Shown: one piece after another, positions 19,315 to 29,116 of the stretch
How positions within the stretch are numbered: position 1 is the stretch's first letter
Layout: each line of letters begins with the position of its first letter
Source of the DNA: Myxococcota bacterium
Lineage (GTDB): Bacteria > Myxococcota_A > UBA9160 > UBA6930
NCBI GenBank assembly: GCA_965223415.1
Contig: OZ245002.1
Coordinates: 4,352,001-4,416,000, forward strand
DNA: 64,000 bases
Direction of reading: 5' to 3'
Notes under the pieces: generated by a model
Database searches by the model: none
What the model was told of the DNA's origin: nothing
Seen by the model: only the letters and a program-made list of their open reading frames with translations
Made by a program: the position numbers and the translations under genes

Positions 19315-20960
19315 TTCGCGTCGCTCCGCCGGTAGACGAACAGGGTGCCGTCGCCGAGGGTGCCGCGGAAGGCCGCGTCCTCCACGTAGCCGCTCTCCAG
19401 GGCGAGCAGGATGTCCTCGTGGGCGACGCCCATGTACGTGGGGAAGGAGTAGACGAGCCACGCGGGCTCGAGGCGAGCCAGCTCTTCCGCGTCCGCCACC
19501 GCCCCCCAGTGCGGCGCGTAGAGCCGCTCGTAGGGAAGGGTCGCGAGGCCGGCGGTCACCACCACGTCGTCCGGCGCCCGGCTCGCCTCCACGTACTCGC
19601 GCGTCGCTTGATAGGCCTGCTTCGGCGCCCGGTAGTTGACCGGCAGGGTGGCTGCGGAGGCCGCGATCACCGCCAGCACCGCGACGGTCGCGGGTCGCGC
19701 CGCCAGGGCCGGGTCGCGCCCGAGCCAGCGCAGCAGCACCGGCATCAGCACGAAGGCGCCCTGCACGATCAGCACCGCCACGAACCCCAGGTAGGCGAAG
19801 AAGTACCGCGGCCAGATGTGGAAGCTCACCGCCAGCAGCACGCCGAGGGTGACCGGAAAGGGCAGGGCCATGATCAACGCCGAGGCCGGGTCGCGCCGCA
19901 GCATCAGGACCCAGGCCCATCCCGCCACGAGCCCCGCCGCGACCACGGCGACCGCGCTCCACGCGCCTCCCGGAAGCCCCTGCAGGATCTCGAGGGCGGT
20001 CCAGAGCGGGCTCCGCCAGGTGCCGACGCCCGGCAGCGAGGTGGCCTGGCTGACCGTGCGGCCGAAGGTCTCGAACATCTGCGGGAGGATCAGGGCGTAG
20101 ATCTCCACGACCAGCAGGCCGCCCACGACGAAGCCCCCCAGCGGCCAGGGCTCCCGGGCTCCCGGATAGCGGCGCGTAGCCTCCGGACTTCGCAGCGCTC
20201 GGAGCCCGAGCCCCACGTAGACGAGCCCGTGGCAGAGGAACAGGAACACCGCGGAGAGGTGCACGTACATGGCCCCCGCGAAGACCGCCGCGTAGGCGAG
20301 CCAGAGCCCGCGGCGCCGCGCTGCCATGCCGTCCAGGAAGAGGCCGGACGCGACGAGCCCGAGGCACATGAGCCCGGTGTAGCCCCGCGCGTTCTGGGAG
20401 AACCAGACGTGGTGGTAGGCCAGGGCGACGAGGGCGGCGGCGAGGAGCGCCTGCCGGTCGCTCGCTACCCGCCGGCCGAAGAAGAAGACGCCGGCCACAC
20501 TCGCCACGCCGAACAGGGCGGCGGGGAGCCGCAGCGCCCAGGCCGATTCGCCGAACAGGCCGATCGAGCCCTTGGCCAGCAGCGAGTAGAGGATGTGGTT
20601 GTTCTGGACCGTGTAGGTCGTGAGCAGCTCGCGCGCCGGGAGCCGCACGAACTCGGTCAGCGTCACGACCTCGTCGTACCAGAGGTCGGACTCCAGGCCG
20701 ACGAGTCGCAGGGCCAGGGCCACGAGCAGGATCGCGCCGAGAGGCAGCCAGGGCACGGGAGGTCGCACGGCCGGAGCCGCCTCGGGGCTCCGGGCCGTCG
20801 CCCGGCCCCAGGCGGCCAGGGCCGCACCCAGCACGAGTGAGGAGCCGCGCAGCAGCCAGACGCCCTGGACGCGGGCGCTCTCGGCTTCCGGACCCGCAAG
20901 CCACGCGGTGGGCAGCGCCAGGCCGAGCAGCGCGATCAGTACTCCCCCCACGATCAGCAA
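19311..20960 (-). CDS. GT-C fold glycosyltransferase (GT39/PMT_2-like)
   Basis: LWYDEVVT, NHILYSLL, FGESAWALRLPAALFG, WFSQNARGY; multi-TM; start codon uncertain. Confidence 0.85.
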   Translation of the reverse strand: MLIVGGVLIALLGLALPTAWLAGPEAESARVQGVWLLRGSSLVLGAALAAWGRATARSPEAAPAVRPPVPWLPLGAILLVALALRLVGLESDLWYDEVVTLTEFVRLPARELLTTYTVQNNHILYSLLAKGSIGLFGESAWALRLPAALFGVASVAGVFFFGRRVASDRQALLAAALVALAYHHVWFSQNARGYTGLMCLGLVASGLFLDGMAARRRGLWLAYAAVFAGAMYVHLSAVFLFLCHGLVYVGLGLRALRSPEATRRYPGAREPWPLGGFVVGGLLVVEIYALILPQMFETFGRTVSQATSLPGVGTWRSPLWTALEILQGLPGGAWSAVAVVAAGLVAGWAWVLMLRRDPASALIMALPFPVTLGVLLAVSFHIWPRYFFAYLGFVAVLIVQGAFVLMPVLLRWLGRDPALAARPATVAVLAVIAASAATLPVNYRAPKQAYQATREYVEASRAPDDVVVTAGLATLPYERLYAPHWGAVADAEELARLEPAWLVYSFPTYMGVAHEDILLALESGYVEDAAFRGTLGDGTLFVYRRSDAK

Positions 20961-21032
20961 GGCGACGTCGGACCTCCCTGGCCTCTCATCGGTCGGCCGT
21001 GCCCGCCAGGATACGGGTCTTTGGAAGGCTGC

Positions 21033-22637
21033 CTATCCCTCGTGGGGGAGGTGGGCGCCCGCGTCGATGTCCGTCCGCTTCTTCGGGTCCCAGTTCGGGG
21101 CCGACGGGCAGCGCTCGAGGATCTGGAGCCGCTCGTCCTGGCTGATCTTCTTGCCGGGCAGCAGGTTCCGCAGCTTGTAGAACGGGATGATCTCGGTGCC
21201 GAGGTTCCAGATGTGGCGCAGGAAGTAGGGGTTCTTGACCGTGAAGGTCAGCGTGTCCCACATGAAGCGGGGCCGCAGGTACCACTCCCGCGTGGCCTTG
21301 CGCTGCCAGAACTCGGCGTCGAAGCCGTTGGCGAAGGTGAGGGCCCCGGCGTCGGTCCAGCCCCAACGCACCTGGAAGGCCGAGTTCTTCGAGGCGTCGA
21401 AGCTCTGCTCCGCCCACCAGCGGGGGCGCACCTCGCCGGCCTCGAGGGCCTCGTCGTACATGGGCGTGCCCGGATAGGCCGTGGACACGAAGAACATGCA
21501 CAGGCTCGGGCGCACCTTCTTGGAGAAGTCGATGGTGTTCTGGGCGCTCTGCTCGGTCTCGCCCGGGTTGCCCATCAGGAAGGTGGCGTAGGTGCGGATG
21601 CCGAGCTTCCGGCAGCGCTCGAAGCAATCCTGCACCTCGTCGAGGGAGACCTCCTTCTTGATCTTCCTCAGGATCTCCGGGTCGCCGGACTCGACGCCGA
21701 AGTTGATCACGTAGCAGCCGGCCTTCGCCATCTTTTCGAGGAGCGGCGGCGGCACCAGGTTCGCGCGCGTGTTGCAGCGCCACTTGATGTCGAGGCCCTC
21801 GTCGATCAGCCGCTGGCAGAACTCGTCCGCCCACTTCTTCTTGGCGGTAAAGGTGGAGTCCTTGAACACGAAGTTCGTGACGCCGTACTTCTCCTTGTAG
21901 AACTTGATGTCTTCGATCACACGATCGATCGACCAGAAGCGGAGCTTCGTCCCCATCGTCATCGGGGCGTCGCAGAAGGTGCACTTGAAGGGGCAGCCGC
22001 GGCTGAGCATCATCGAGAGGACGAAGCGGCCCGCCATCGTCGGAATGCTGTACTTCTTGATGTCGACCATGTCGTAGTCGACCGAGGGAAGCTCATCGAG
22101 GTCCTTCACGAAGGGCCGCGCCGGATTGGCGTGGACCTCGAGGGTCTCGCGATCGCGGTAGACCACGCCGGGGACGTTTTCGACGCACTCCTGCAGGTTG
22201 GTCACCCCCTCCGGCGTCCACTCGCCGTGGTCACGCAGCGATTGGCAGGCCTCGAGGAGGCTCCACTCGCCCTCGCCGTGGATGGCGAAGTCGAAGCAGG
22301 TGGCCATGTCGAAGGTGTCGCCCTTCGTGGAATCGAAGTGGGCCCCGCCCAGCACGACCGGCAGGTCCGGGCGGGCCTGCTTCAGGAGCGTGCTGCAGGC
22401 GAGCCCGGTGATCAGCTGGGGGGTCATCATGCTGAAGCCGATCAGGTCCGGCTCGCTCGTGAGGATGCGATCGACGGTCTCCGCGACCGACAGGCCATCG
22501 ATGTCCGCGTCGAGCACCTCGACGTCGAAGCCCTCCCGCTTCAGCAGCGAAGCGATGTAGAGGACGCCAAGCGGCTGGAGGCCGTACTTGGACTTGTGGC
22601 CGGGCAGCAGCGCCGGATAGCAGAGCGTGATCTTCAC
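21033..22637 (-). CDS. Cobalamin-binding radical SAM enzyme (paralog B)
   Basis: QPLGVLYIAS, DLIGFS, LGGAH, SRGCPFKCTFC, FGVES, PGET, YPGT; GTG start aligns with the start of paralog A. Confidence 0.92.
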   Translation of the reverse strand: MKITLCYPALLPGHKSKYGLQPLGVLYIASLLKREGFDVEVLDADIDGLSVAETVDRILTSEPDLIGFSMMTPQLITGLACSTLLKQARPDLPVVLGGAHFDSTKGDTFDMATCFDFAIHGEGEWSLLEACQSLRDHGEWTPEGVTNLQECVENVPGVVYRDRETLEVHANPARPFVKDLDELPSVDYDMVDIKKYSIPTMAGRFVLSMMLSRGCPFKCTFCDAPMTMGTKLRFWSIDRVIEDIKFYKEKYGVTNFVFKDSTFTAKKKWADEFCQRLIDEGLDIKWRCNTRANLVPPPLLEKMAKAGCYVINFGVESGDPEILRKIKKEVSLDEVQDCFERCRKLGIRTYATFLMGNPGETEQSAQNTIDFSKKVRPSLCMFFVSTAYPGTPMYDEALEAGEVRPRWWAEQSFDASKNSAFQVRWGWTDAGALTFANGFDAEFWQRKATREWYLRPRFMWDTLTFTVKNPYFLRHIWNLGTEIIPFYKLRNLLPGKKISQDERLQILERCPSAPNWDPKKRTDIDAGAHLPHEG

Positions 22638-22797
22638 GGGCCGGGACCTCTCACATGCGCCCCCCCGGGCGTTCCCCCGAAGTGAGTGCAATTTCCCATG
22701 TTTCGGTGACGCGATGCAGGGAGTCAACCCCTGTTTCGGGGCGAACTGTCTCATTTCGGAGAAACATCCCGGCGGCCTCCCCCCTCGGGGACGCCGG

Positions 22798-24213
22798 TCA
22801 GTCCTCCACGACGTGTGTAGCGAAGATCTCCCGCTGCTCCGCCCACGCGGCCTCGTCCAGCTGGCCCGCGTCGTCCAGGCAGCGACCGGCAGCCAGTGCC
22901 ATGTACAGGGCGTGGTGGGTGTTGTCGTGGGCGAACAGCCCCTGCCGGCCGAAGCTGAGCAGGCCCGGGATCCCCTCGAGCCAGGCGTCGATGACGTCGA
23001 AGGGGCGCTCGTAGCCCGTCGGGTAGAGCGGGTAGGCATGGGGGAGGCGCCGCACCGCCACGCCTTCCAGCCGCTCGGGCCGGGGCAGGCCGGCGCGGGC
23101 CAGGTCGTCCCGGACGATCTCGCCCAGGGCCTCGTCGCTCATCGACCAGACATCGTCGTCCATCTGGCAGGGCAGCTCGGCGCACAGCACCGTGCGGCCC
23201 GCCGGCTCGGTCGCAGCGGCGTAGTTCTTCGGCTCCGAGAGCCGGGTGATGCGGAGGTTCGCTCCCGGGAAGTAGTGGGCGTCGTAGGGCGTGAACTGGT
23301 CCTGCGGCAGCACGAGGTACACGAGCAGCATCGATCGGAAGCGAAGCGAGCGGGCCGCCTCGCGCACCGGCTCGGGCGCCGACGGCTCCAGCAGACCGAC
23401 CAGGCCGGTCACCGGGATCGTCGACCACACGTTCTGGGCCTCCATGGCCCGTAGGTGGCCCTCGTGCTCGAATTCGATCCGTGTGCCGTTCCGGGCGACG
23501 CCCACCTGCTTCAGCTCGGCCTCGAGGAGGACCTCGGCGCCGGCATCCCGGGCGGCCTCCAGCAGGGTGTCGGAGATCTGGCCGAAGCCGCGACGCGGGT
23601 AGTGGAAGACCCCCTTCGGCTGGGCCGAGCCCGTGCCCGAGCCGCCGGGAAGGAGCCGCTTCAGCATCTTGCCGATCGAGCCCGAGGAGACGCGCTTCTC
23701 CGCCTGGGCCGCGCTGATCGCCTCCGGCTCCATGCCCCAGATCTTCCGCGCGTAGGGGAAGTAGAACTCCCGGCAGATGGTGCGCCCGAGGCCGCGCTCG
23801 AGGATGCTCGCGAAGGTGCCCTCGGTGTCGGCGCCGCCGGGAAGGACCTTGCGGGCCAGGTCGAGAGCGACGCCGACCGCGAAGCGGGGAGGCACGCGCA
23901 GGGCGAGATCGCCGGCGCGCAGGGGGAAGTGCAGCCAGCGGCCCATCAGGCGGATGCGTCCGTGGCGTGGGCGGGTGAGCAGGTCGTCGCCCAGCAGCTC
24001 GCGGATCAGCCCGAGCACCTCCGGATCCGACGCAGGGTGGAGCCGGTGGCTGCCGTAGTCGACGCGCAGGCCCCCGAGCTCGAAGCTGCCGGCGTTGCCG
24101 CCGACCTCGGCCCGGCGCTCGAAGACCGTCACCGGGAAGTCTCGGCGGGCCAGCGCCAGCGCGGCGCCGAGGCCCGCGGGCCCCGCGCCGAGGATCGCCA
24201 CCGGGGGCTTCAT
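22798..24213 (-). CDS. FAD-dependent oxidoreductase (protoporphyrinogen oxidase / UDP-galactopyranose mutase-like)
   Basis: ILGAGPAGL, VGGNAGS, DYGSHRLH, KIWG, AYPLY, GRQGLFAHDNTHH. Confidence 0.85.
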   Translation of the reverse strand: MKPPVAILGAGPAGLGAALALARRDFPVTVFERRAEVGGNAGSFELGGLRVDYGSHRLHPASDPEVLGLIRELLGDDLLTRPRHGRIRLMGRWLHFPLRAGDLALRVPPRFAVGVALDLARKVLPGGADTEGTFASILERGLGRTICREFYFPYARKIWGMEPEAISAAQAEKRVSSGSIGKMLKRLLPGGSGTGSAQPKGVFHYPRRGFGQISDTLLEAARDAGAEVLLEAELKQVGVARNGTRIEFEHEGHLRAMEAQNVWSTIPVTGLVGLLEPSAPEPVREAARSLRFRSMLLVYLVLPQDQFTPYDAHYFPGANLRITRLSEPKNYAAATEPAGRTVLCAELPCQMDDDVWSMSDEALGEIVRDDLARAGLPRPERLEGVAVRRLPHAYPLYPTGYERPFDVIDAWLEGIPGLLSFGRQGLFAHDNTHHALYMALAAGRCLDDAGQLDEAAWAEQREIFATHVVED

Positions 24214-25088
24214 GAGCCGGGCCTCATGCCCACACGCGAGATCTGGTCCGAGAGCAGCCCGACCGCCCAGACGAGCCCGGCGGAGAGGAAGGAGAAGATG
24301 GCGCCCTCGGAGAGGTTCCCGTTGGTCACGTCGTAGGCGAGCTTCGACGCGCCGGCCAGGAAGAAGACGAACCCGGCGGGCAGGAAGACCTTCAGGGGAT
24401 TGAAGTAGATGATGGTCCGCACGATCAGCAGCAGGAAGTCGAAGGCGTGGCGCGGACGGATCTTCGAGTCTCCCGTGCGCGGGTGATAGTCGATCGTCTC
24501 GTAGCGCACCAGATGGTCGCGACACAGGGCCGACAGCGTGATGGTCGTCGTGAACGAGAAGCCCGACGGCAGCAGGTGTTCGTAGCGATCGATGAGATCC
24601 CGGCGCATGGCCCGCAGCCCCGAGTTGAGGTCCGGGATCTTCTGGCCGGCCAGGTAGCTCGCGAGCCAGCCGAGGAACCACTTGGCCGGCCGCCGCTCGA
24701 GGGGGATCGCGACCTGCTCGCCGACCCGGGCACCGACGACCATCTCGTAGCTGTCGGTCAGCTCGACCAGCTTCGGAATGGAATCCGCCGGGTAGGTGCC
24801 GTCCGCATCGGTGATGACGAGGACGTCGTAGCGGGCCGCGCGGATCCCGGTCTTGAGCGACGCGCCGTAACCCCGGTTCATCGGGGCCTGGATCACCTGG
24901 ACGTCCTCGGCCCGGGCGCGCTCCGCGGTGCGGTCGGTGGAGCCGTCGTCTACCACGATGATCTCGTAGGGCCGGGTGACCGAGCGGAGGGCGTCCTTCA
25001 GCTGGCGCAACGCCGGCTGGATCCCATCCTCTTCGTTGAAGGCGGGGACGACGACACTGAAGCCGGACTCCGGGGAAGGCTGGGTCAC
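24210..25088 (-). CDS. GT2 polyprenyl-phosphate glycosyltransferase (DPM1/GtrB-like)
   Basis: VVVPAFNEE, VDDGSTD, NRGYGA, DADGTY, DLNSGLR; two C-terminal TM helices. Confidence 0.9.
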   Translation of the reverse strand: MTQPSPESGFSVVVPAFNEEDGIQPALRQLKDALRSVTRPYEIIVVDDGSTDRTAERARAEDVQVIQAPMNRGYGASLKTGIRAARYDVLVITDADGTYPADSIPKLVELTDSYEMVVGARVGEQVAIPLERRPAKWFLGWLASYLAGQKIPDLNSGLRAMRRDLIDRYEHLLPSGFSFTTTITLSALCRDHLVRYETIDYHPRTGDSKIRPRHAFDFLLLIVRTIIYFNPLKVFLPAGFVFFLAGASKLAYDVTNGNLSEGAIFSFLSAGLVWAVGLLSDQISRVGMRPGS

Positions 25089-26593
25089 GCATCACCTCTG
25101 GGGGTCTCTTCGTTTTCCCGAGCCACATACCTGAGTGGCCACCAGAGCCAGGCCAGAGCCAGGCCCACGGCCAGGACGAGGAGGGTGGGGTCGGGCGCCT
25201 GGCGTTCGAAGAAGGGTACGTACTGGCCGCCCATCTTGCCGAGCACCGTGAGCCAGGGGAGCTGCAGGCCGCCGAGCAGCACCGTGGCGAGGGACTCGGC
25301 GGGGGTTTCTCGCACCATGGCGAGGCTCCAGCCCTGGAGGATCGCCCCGGCGGCCAGGGGCGCGGCCAGGCGGGGCGCCATGCGCACCCACACCGGCGCG
25401 CTGGCCAGGATCAGGAACGGGACGGCCGGCATCAGGTAACGGACGCCGGTGTTCCACTGCAGGCGCGCGAAGGCCACCGAGCTCGAGAAGAGCCAGATCG
25501 CGACCAGCATGGCGAAGCAGGTGACGAGCTCGAGCCGGCCGAGACGGGGCTGCGACCCGCCCCGGACGAAGGGCGCGGCGAAGGCCACCAGCAGCACGGT
25601 CCCGGCGGTGAACAGCCCGAAGCGCGGGTCGAAGAGGTTCTGGAAGCCCAAGTCCCAGGCCGGCGGGTGGACGCCGTTCCAGCCGTCGCCGCTGAACTCG
25701 GTGGCCGGCATGTAGTTCTGGGCGGGATAGATCGGATGGCCGAAGGCCCAGGCCTGGTAGGCGAGCAGCAGGCCGCAGCCCGCCACGCCGCCCGCCACCA
25801 TCCACAGGCTGCGTCGCGCGCCGTCCAGGGCGCCGTGCTCGGCGACGAGCTTGGCGACCGCGTAGGGCCCGAGGACGGCGATCGGCACGAGGCCGCTGTA
25901 GTCGCAGAACAGGCCGTAGCCGGCGAGGAAGCCGCCGGCGAGGAGCGCGCCGCTCCCGGGGCTCTGGCCCGCCGGCCGGTAGAGGCAGGCGAAGGAGAAG
26001 AGGGCCAGATGGGCGACGGTGAGGTTCTGGTTGATGAAGCCGGTGCGGAAGAAGATCGGCGTGGCGAAGGCGTAGAGCAGCGCCAGGCCCAGGGAGGCGG
26101 CGGCGCCGAAGCCCATGCGCAGCAGCAGCGCCCGCATCACCACCACCGCCAGCGCCGAGAGCGGCGCCGTGTAGCCCAGCTGGATCACGCCGCTCGCCAG
26201 ACCGAAGCGCACGTCCAGGCCCTGCTCGCGCACCTGCTTGAAGAACTTGCGGCGCAGCGGCCGGTGGTCCTCGTAGTCGGTGCTGAGCTCCTCGCCCCGG
26301 GCCGCGCGGCCCGCGGCGACGCGGGCGACGAGCGGGTCCACGACCGGGCGGGCGAGCAGATAGGGAAGGGCGGCCGGGATCGACGTGCCCGGGTTGTTGT
26401 TCATGAAGGCGCCCCGGCCCTCGATCTCGAACAGGTCCGGGTGGAGCCCGACGTAGGGGTCGACGCGCAGGGTGCCGCGCTCGGCCAGCGAGAAGGCCGG
26501 GTAGTACTCGCGGGCGATGTTCGTGGCGAAGTGCATCGAGAAGACGACCCAGCACGTCACGAACAGCCGCCACGCCACGCGGTCCCAGGCCAT
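25085..26593 (-). CDS. Polytopic membrane protein, probable GT-C-like transferase
   Basis: N-terminal TM, periplasmic loop (NIAREYYP...NNNPG), LLYAFATPIFF, further TMs, GVRYLMPAVPFL. Confidence 0.65.
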   Translation of the reverse strand: MAWDRVAWRLFVTCWVVFSMHFATNIAREYYPAFSLAERGTLRVDPYVGLHPDLFEIEGRGAFMNNNPGTSIPAALPYLLARPVVDPLVARVAAGRAARGEELSTDYEDHRPLRRKFFKQVREQGLDVRFGLASGVIQLGYTAPLSALAVVVMRALLLRMGFGAAASLGLALLYAFATPIFFRTGFINQNLTVAHLALFSFACLYRPAGQSPGSGALLAGGFLAGYGLFCDYSGLVPIAVLGPYAVAKLVAEHGALDGARRSLWMVAGGVAGCGLLLAYQAWAFGHPIYPAQNYMPATEFSGDGWNGVHPPAWDLGFQNLFDPRFGLFTAGTVLLVAFAAPFVRGGSQPRLGRLELVTCFAMLVAIWLFSSSVAFARLQWNTGVRYLMPAVPFLILASAPVWVRMAPRLAAPLAAGAILQGWSLAMVRETPAESLATVLLGGLQLPWLTVLGKMGGQYVPFFERQAPDPTLLVLAVGLALAWLWWPLRYVARENEETPRGDA

Positions 26594-28032
26594 CAGGCAC
26601 TGCCTCCCGAGGACAGGGGCGCGCTCTTCGCGCTCGCGAGCCGCCCGAGATCCCCGAGCAGCCGGCGATCCACGAGGGGCGCCGTGGCGAGGAACACGCC
26701 GCCGACCAGCGGGGCCGTGATCCAGGGCTGGTCCGGGCCGAACCGGAGGGCGAGGCCGGCCAGGATCGCGGCCCACAGGGCCGGCTTCCAGACCGGCCCC
26801 AGGAAGGGAATCGGGGCCACGTGCCGGCTCATCGCGCGATGGGCCACCGCCCAGACCGCGACGTTCGACGCGAGCATGGCGACCCCGCCCCCCACCGGGC
26901 CGAGGGTCGGGATCGCGAGGCCGCCCACGCCCAGGGTGACTGCCGCGCCCACCAGCTGGGCCCACAGCTCGCGGGTCTGCTCGCCGGCGGCGATCAGGCC
27001 GAAGCGGGCGTGGCCGTTCAGGAGGCCCAGGGGCAGCGCCCAGACCAACACCGCGAAGGGCAGGGCGGCGTCGCCGAAGGCGTCCCCGAACGCGATGCGC
27101 GTGATGGGCCCCGCCAGGAGCGCCAGTCCCAGGGCCAGGCCGATGCTGCCCCAGGCGGTCACGCGGAAGGAAGGCTCGACCAGCGCGTTCACGGCGGCGC
27201 CGCCGTCGCCGGCCGAGCGCGCGAGGGTCGGGTAGAGGTTGAAGTGGTAGAGCCACACGAAGGTTCCCAGGGAGAGGACGAGGCGGTGGGCGCCGCCGAA
27301 CCAGGCCAGATCCGCGCCGCCCAACAGCACGGCCACCATCACCGTGGGAACGTACTGGTTGGCGGCCCAGACCAGCTGCTCGGCGCCCACCGGCAGCGCC
27401 TCCCTGGCCAGAGCGCGCAGGTCGGCGAGCCGGAACGAGAGGCGCAGGGAGGTGACGCGCGTGCCCTGGACCCAGGCGAAGTACCCGGCCATGGAGGCGG
27501 CAGCGGCGATCTCGATCCAGCCGACCCGCAGGAGGTCGTCGGCGCCGTCCACGAGGCCGACCACCAGCAGCGCGAACACGACCATGCGCAGGGCCTGGGC
27601 GCCGGACACCCAGGTCATCATGTCGAGCCCCTGCAGGAGCCAGCGCTGCACCCAGGGCATGAAGAGGAGCGACAGGGCAAAGAGCCAGATGAGCCGAACC
27701 GTCTCGGCCGGCTGGCCCAGCAGGTGCCCGACGCCCCCCATCAGCGGCACGGCGATCGCGGCCAGCAGGAGCCGGCCGGCCGGCACCCGGGCCGCCAGTC
27801 CCTCGGCGCGCTCCGGATGCTTGGCGATCTCCCGCGCGCCGATCGGCCCGAAGCCGAAGTCCACCACGAGCGCGAAGAAGAGCGCCATGGCCGCCGCCAG
27901 CTCCACGGAGCCGTAGGCCGCGGGCTCCAGCACCCGCGCCAGATAGGCGAAGGCCAGGAAGCCGGCGACCTTGCTCACCAGCTCTCCCCCGGAGAGGGCG
28001 GCGAAGTCGCGGACCAGGCGGAACCGGCTCAT
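26593..28032 (-). CDS. Wzx/MOP-family oligosaccharide flippase
   Basis: YLARVLEPAAYG, VDFGF...GAREIA; 12-14 TM segments. Confidence 0.88.
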   Translation of the reverse strand: MSRFRLVRDFAALSGGELVSKVAGFLAFAYLARVLEPAAYGSVELAAAMALFFALVVDFGFGPIGAREIAKHPERAEGLAARVPAGRLLLAAIAVPLMGGVGHLLGQPAETVRLIWLFALSLLFMPWVQRWLLQGLDMMTWVSGAQALRMVVFALLVVGLVDGADDLLRVGWIEIAAAASMAGYFAWVQGTRVTSLRLSFRLADLRALAREALPVGAEQLVWAANQYVPTVMVAVLLGGADLAWFGGAHRLVLSLGTFVWLYHFNLYPTLARSAGDGGAAVNALVEPSFRVTAWGSIGLALGLALLAGPITRIAFGDAFGDAALPFAVLVWALPLGLLNGHARFGLIAAGEQTRELWAQLVGAAVTLGVGGLAIPTLGPVGGGVAMLASNVAVWAVAHRAMSRHVAPIPFLGPVWKPALWAAILAGLALRFGPDQPWITAPLVGGVFLATAPLVDRRLLGDLGRLASAKSAPLSSGGSA

Positions 28033-28147
28033 CAGCCGGAGACCCGCGGGCGCCGCCCGCGGGCCCGGCTGCCCTGCGGGTGGGCGCGAGCGGAGCTCGC
28101 GTCCGTTCCGGAGTGCAAATCGCCCCGCGCCATGCTCTCGGTGTCGG

Positions 28148-29116
28148 CTAGTCGCCGACCTCCGTCTGGTACTCGATCACCCGGTCGACGATGTCGTTCA
28201 CGTGCATCGAGGGCCGGTAGCCGATGGCGCCCTCGAGCTTGGCCAGGTTCGGAATGCGCCGGTCCATGTCCTCGAAGCCCTCGGGATAGGCCGTTTCGTA
28301 GTCCACGTGGACGATCTTCGAGCGCCCGCCGGTCTTGTCCTTCACCAGCGCGGCCAGCTCGTTGATCGAGATCTCCTGGTCGTTGCCGACGTTGAAGACC
28401 TGTCCCACGGCGGAGGGCTTGCCCGCCAGCTTCACCAGGCACTCGACCACCTCGCCCACGTAGCCGAAGCAGCGTTTCTGGTCGCCGGTCCCGTAGACGG
28501 TGATGTCCTCGCCGGCCAGGCCCTGGCGCACGAAGTTCGGCAGCACCATGCCGTAGCGGCCGGTCTGCCGGGGCCCCACCGTGTTGAAGAAGCGGGTGAT
28601 GACGACCGGCGTCTCGCGCTCCCGGAAGTAGGCGAGTGCCAGGTACTCGTCGATCGCCTTCGAGCAGGCGTAGGCCCAGCGGCTCTTGGTGGTGGCGCCG
28701 AAGAGCAGATCGTCCTCCTCGGAGAAGGGCAGCTTCACGCCCTTGCCATACACCTCCGAGGTGCTCGCGATGAACGTGAGCTTGCCCTTCTTGGCCGCCT
28801 TCTGGAGCACGACCTCCGAGCCGCGCACGTTCGTTTCGATGGTGTGAGTCGGCTTCTCGACGATCAGCTTCACGCCGACGGCGGCCGCCAGATGGTAGAC
28901 GACGTCCGCCCGGTCCACGAGCTCCGCCACCAGCTCCTCGTCCGTCACCGAGCCGATCCGGTGATGGAACTTCGGGTGCTCGAGGATGCCGTCCAGGTTG
29001 GTCATGGTCCCGGTGGAGAGATCGTCCAGGATCCAGACCTCGTGGCCGTCCGCGATCAGGTGCTCCGCCAGGTGCGAGCCGATGAATCCGGCGCCGCCGG
29101 TGATGAAGAACTTCAT
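28148..29116 (-). CDS. NAD-dependent nucleotide-sugar epimerase/dehydratase
   Basis: ITGGAGFIGSH, DDLSTG, HLAAAVGV, STSEVYGK, YACSK, RFFNTVGPRQ. Confidence 0.93.
   Translation of the reverse strand: MKFFITGGAGFIGSHLAEHLIADGHEVWILDDLSTGTMTNLDGILEHPKFHHRIGSVTDEELVAELVDRADVVYHLAAAVGVKLIVEKPTHTIETNVRGSEVVLQKAAKKGKLTFIASTSEVYGKGVKLPFSEEDDLLFGATTKSRWAYACSKAIDEYLALAYFRERETPVVITRFFNTVGPRQTGRYGMVLPNFVRQGLAGEDITVYGTGDQKRCFGYVGEVVECLVKLAGKPSAVGQVFNVGNDQEISINELAALVKDKTGGRSKIVHVDYETAYPEGFEDMDRRIPNLAKLEGAIGYRPSMHVNDIVDRVIEYQTEVGD

Noticed and set aside
10318..22637. RiPP cluster around the radical SAM enzymes
   Set aside because: No precursor peptide, SPASM or RRE domain, or peptidase transporter seen; the context is glycosylation
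21033..22637. Naming the radical SAMs hpnJ, hpnP or bchE
   Set aside because: Only the generic B12-radical SAM architecture is evident, and no hopanoid or chlorophyll core genes are in the window
28032..28133. 33-aa ORF between the epimerase and the flippase
   Set aside because: Its stop overlaps the flippase start, but it has no RBS or motif and a composition typical of chance ORFs
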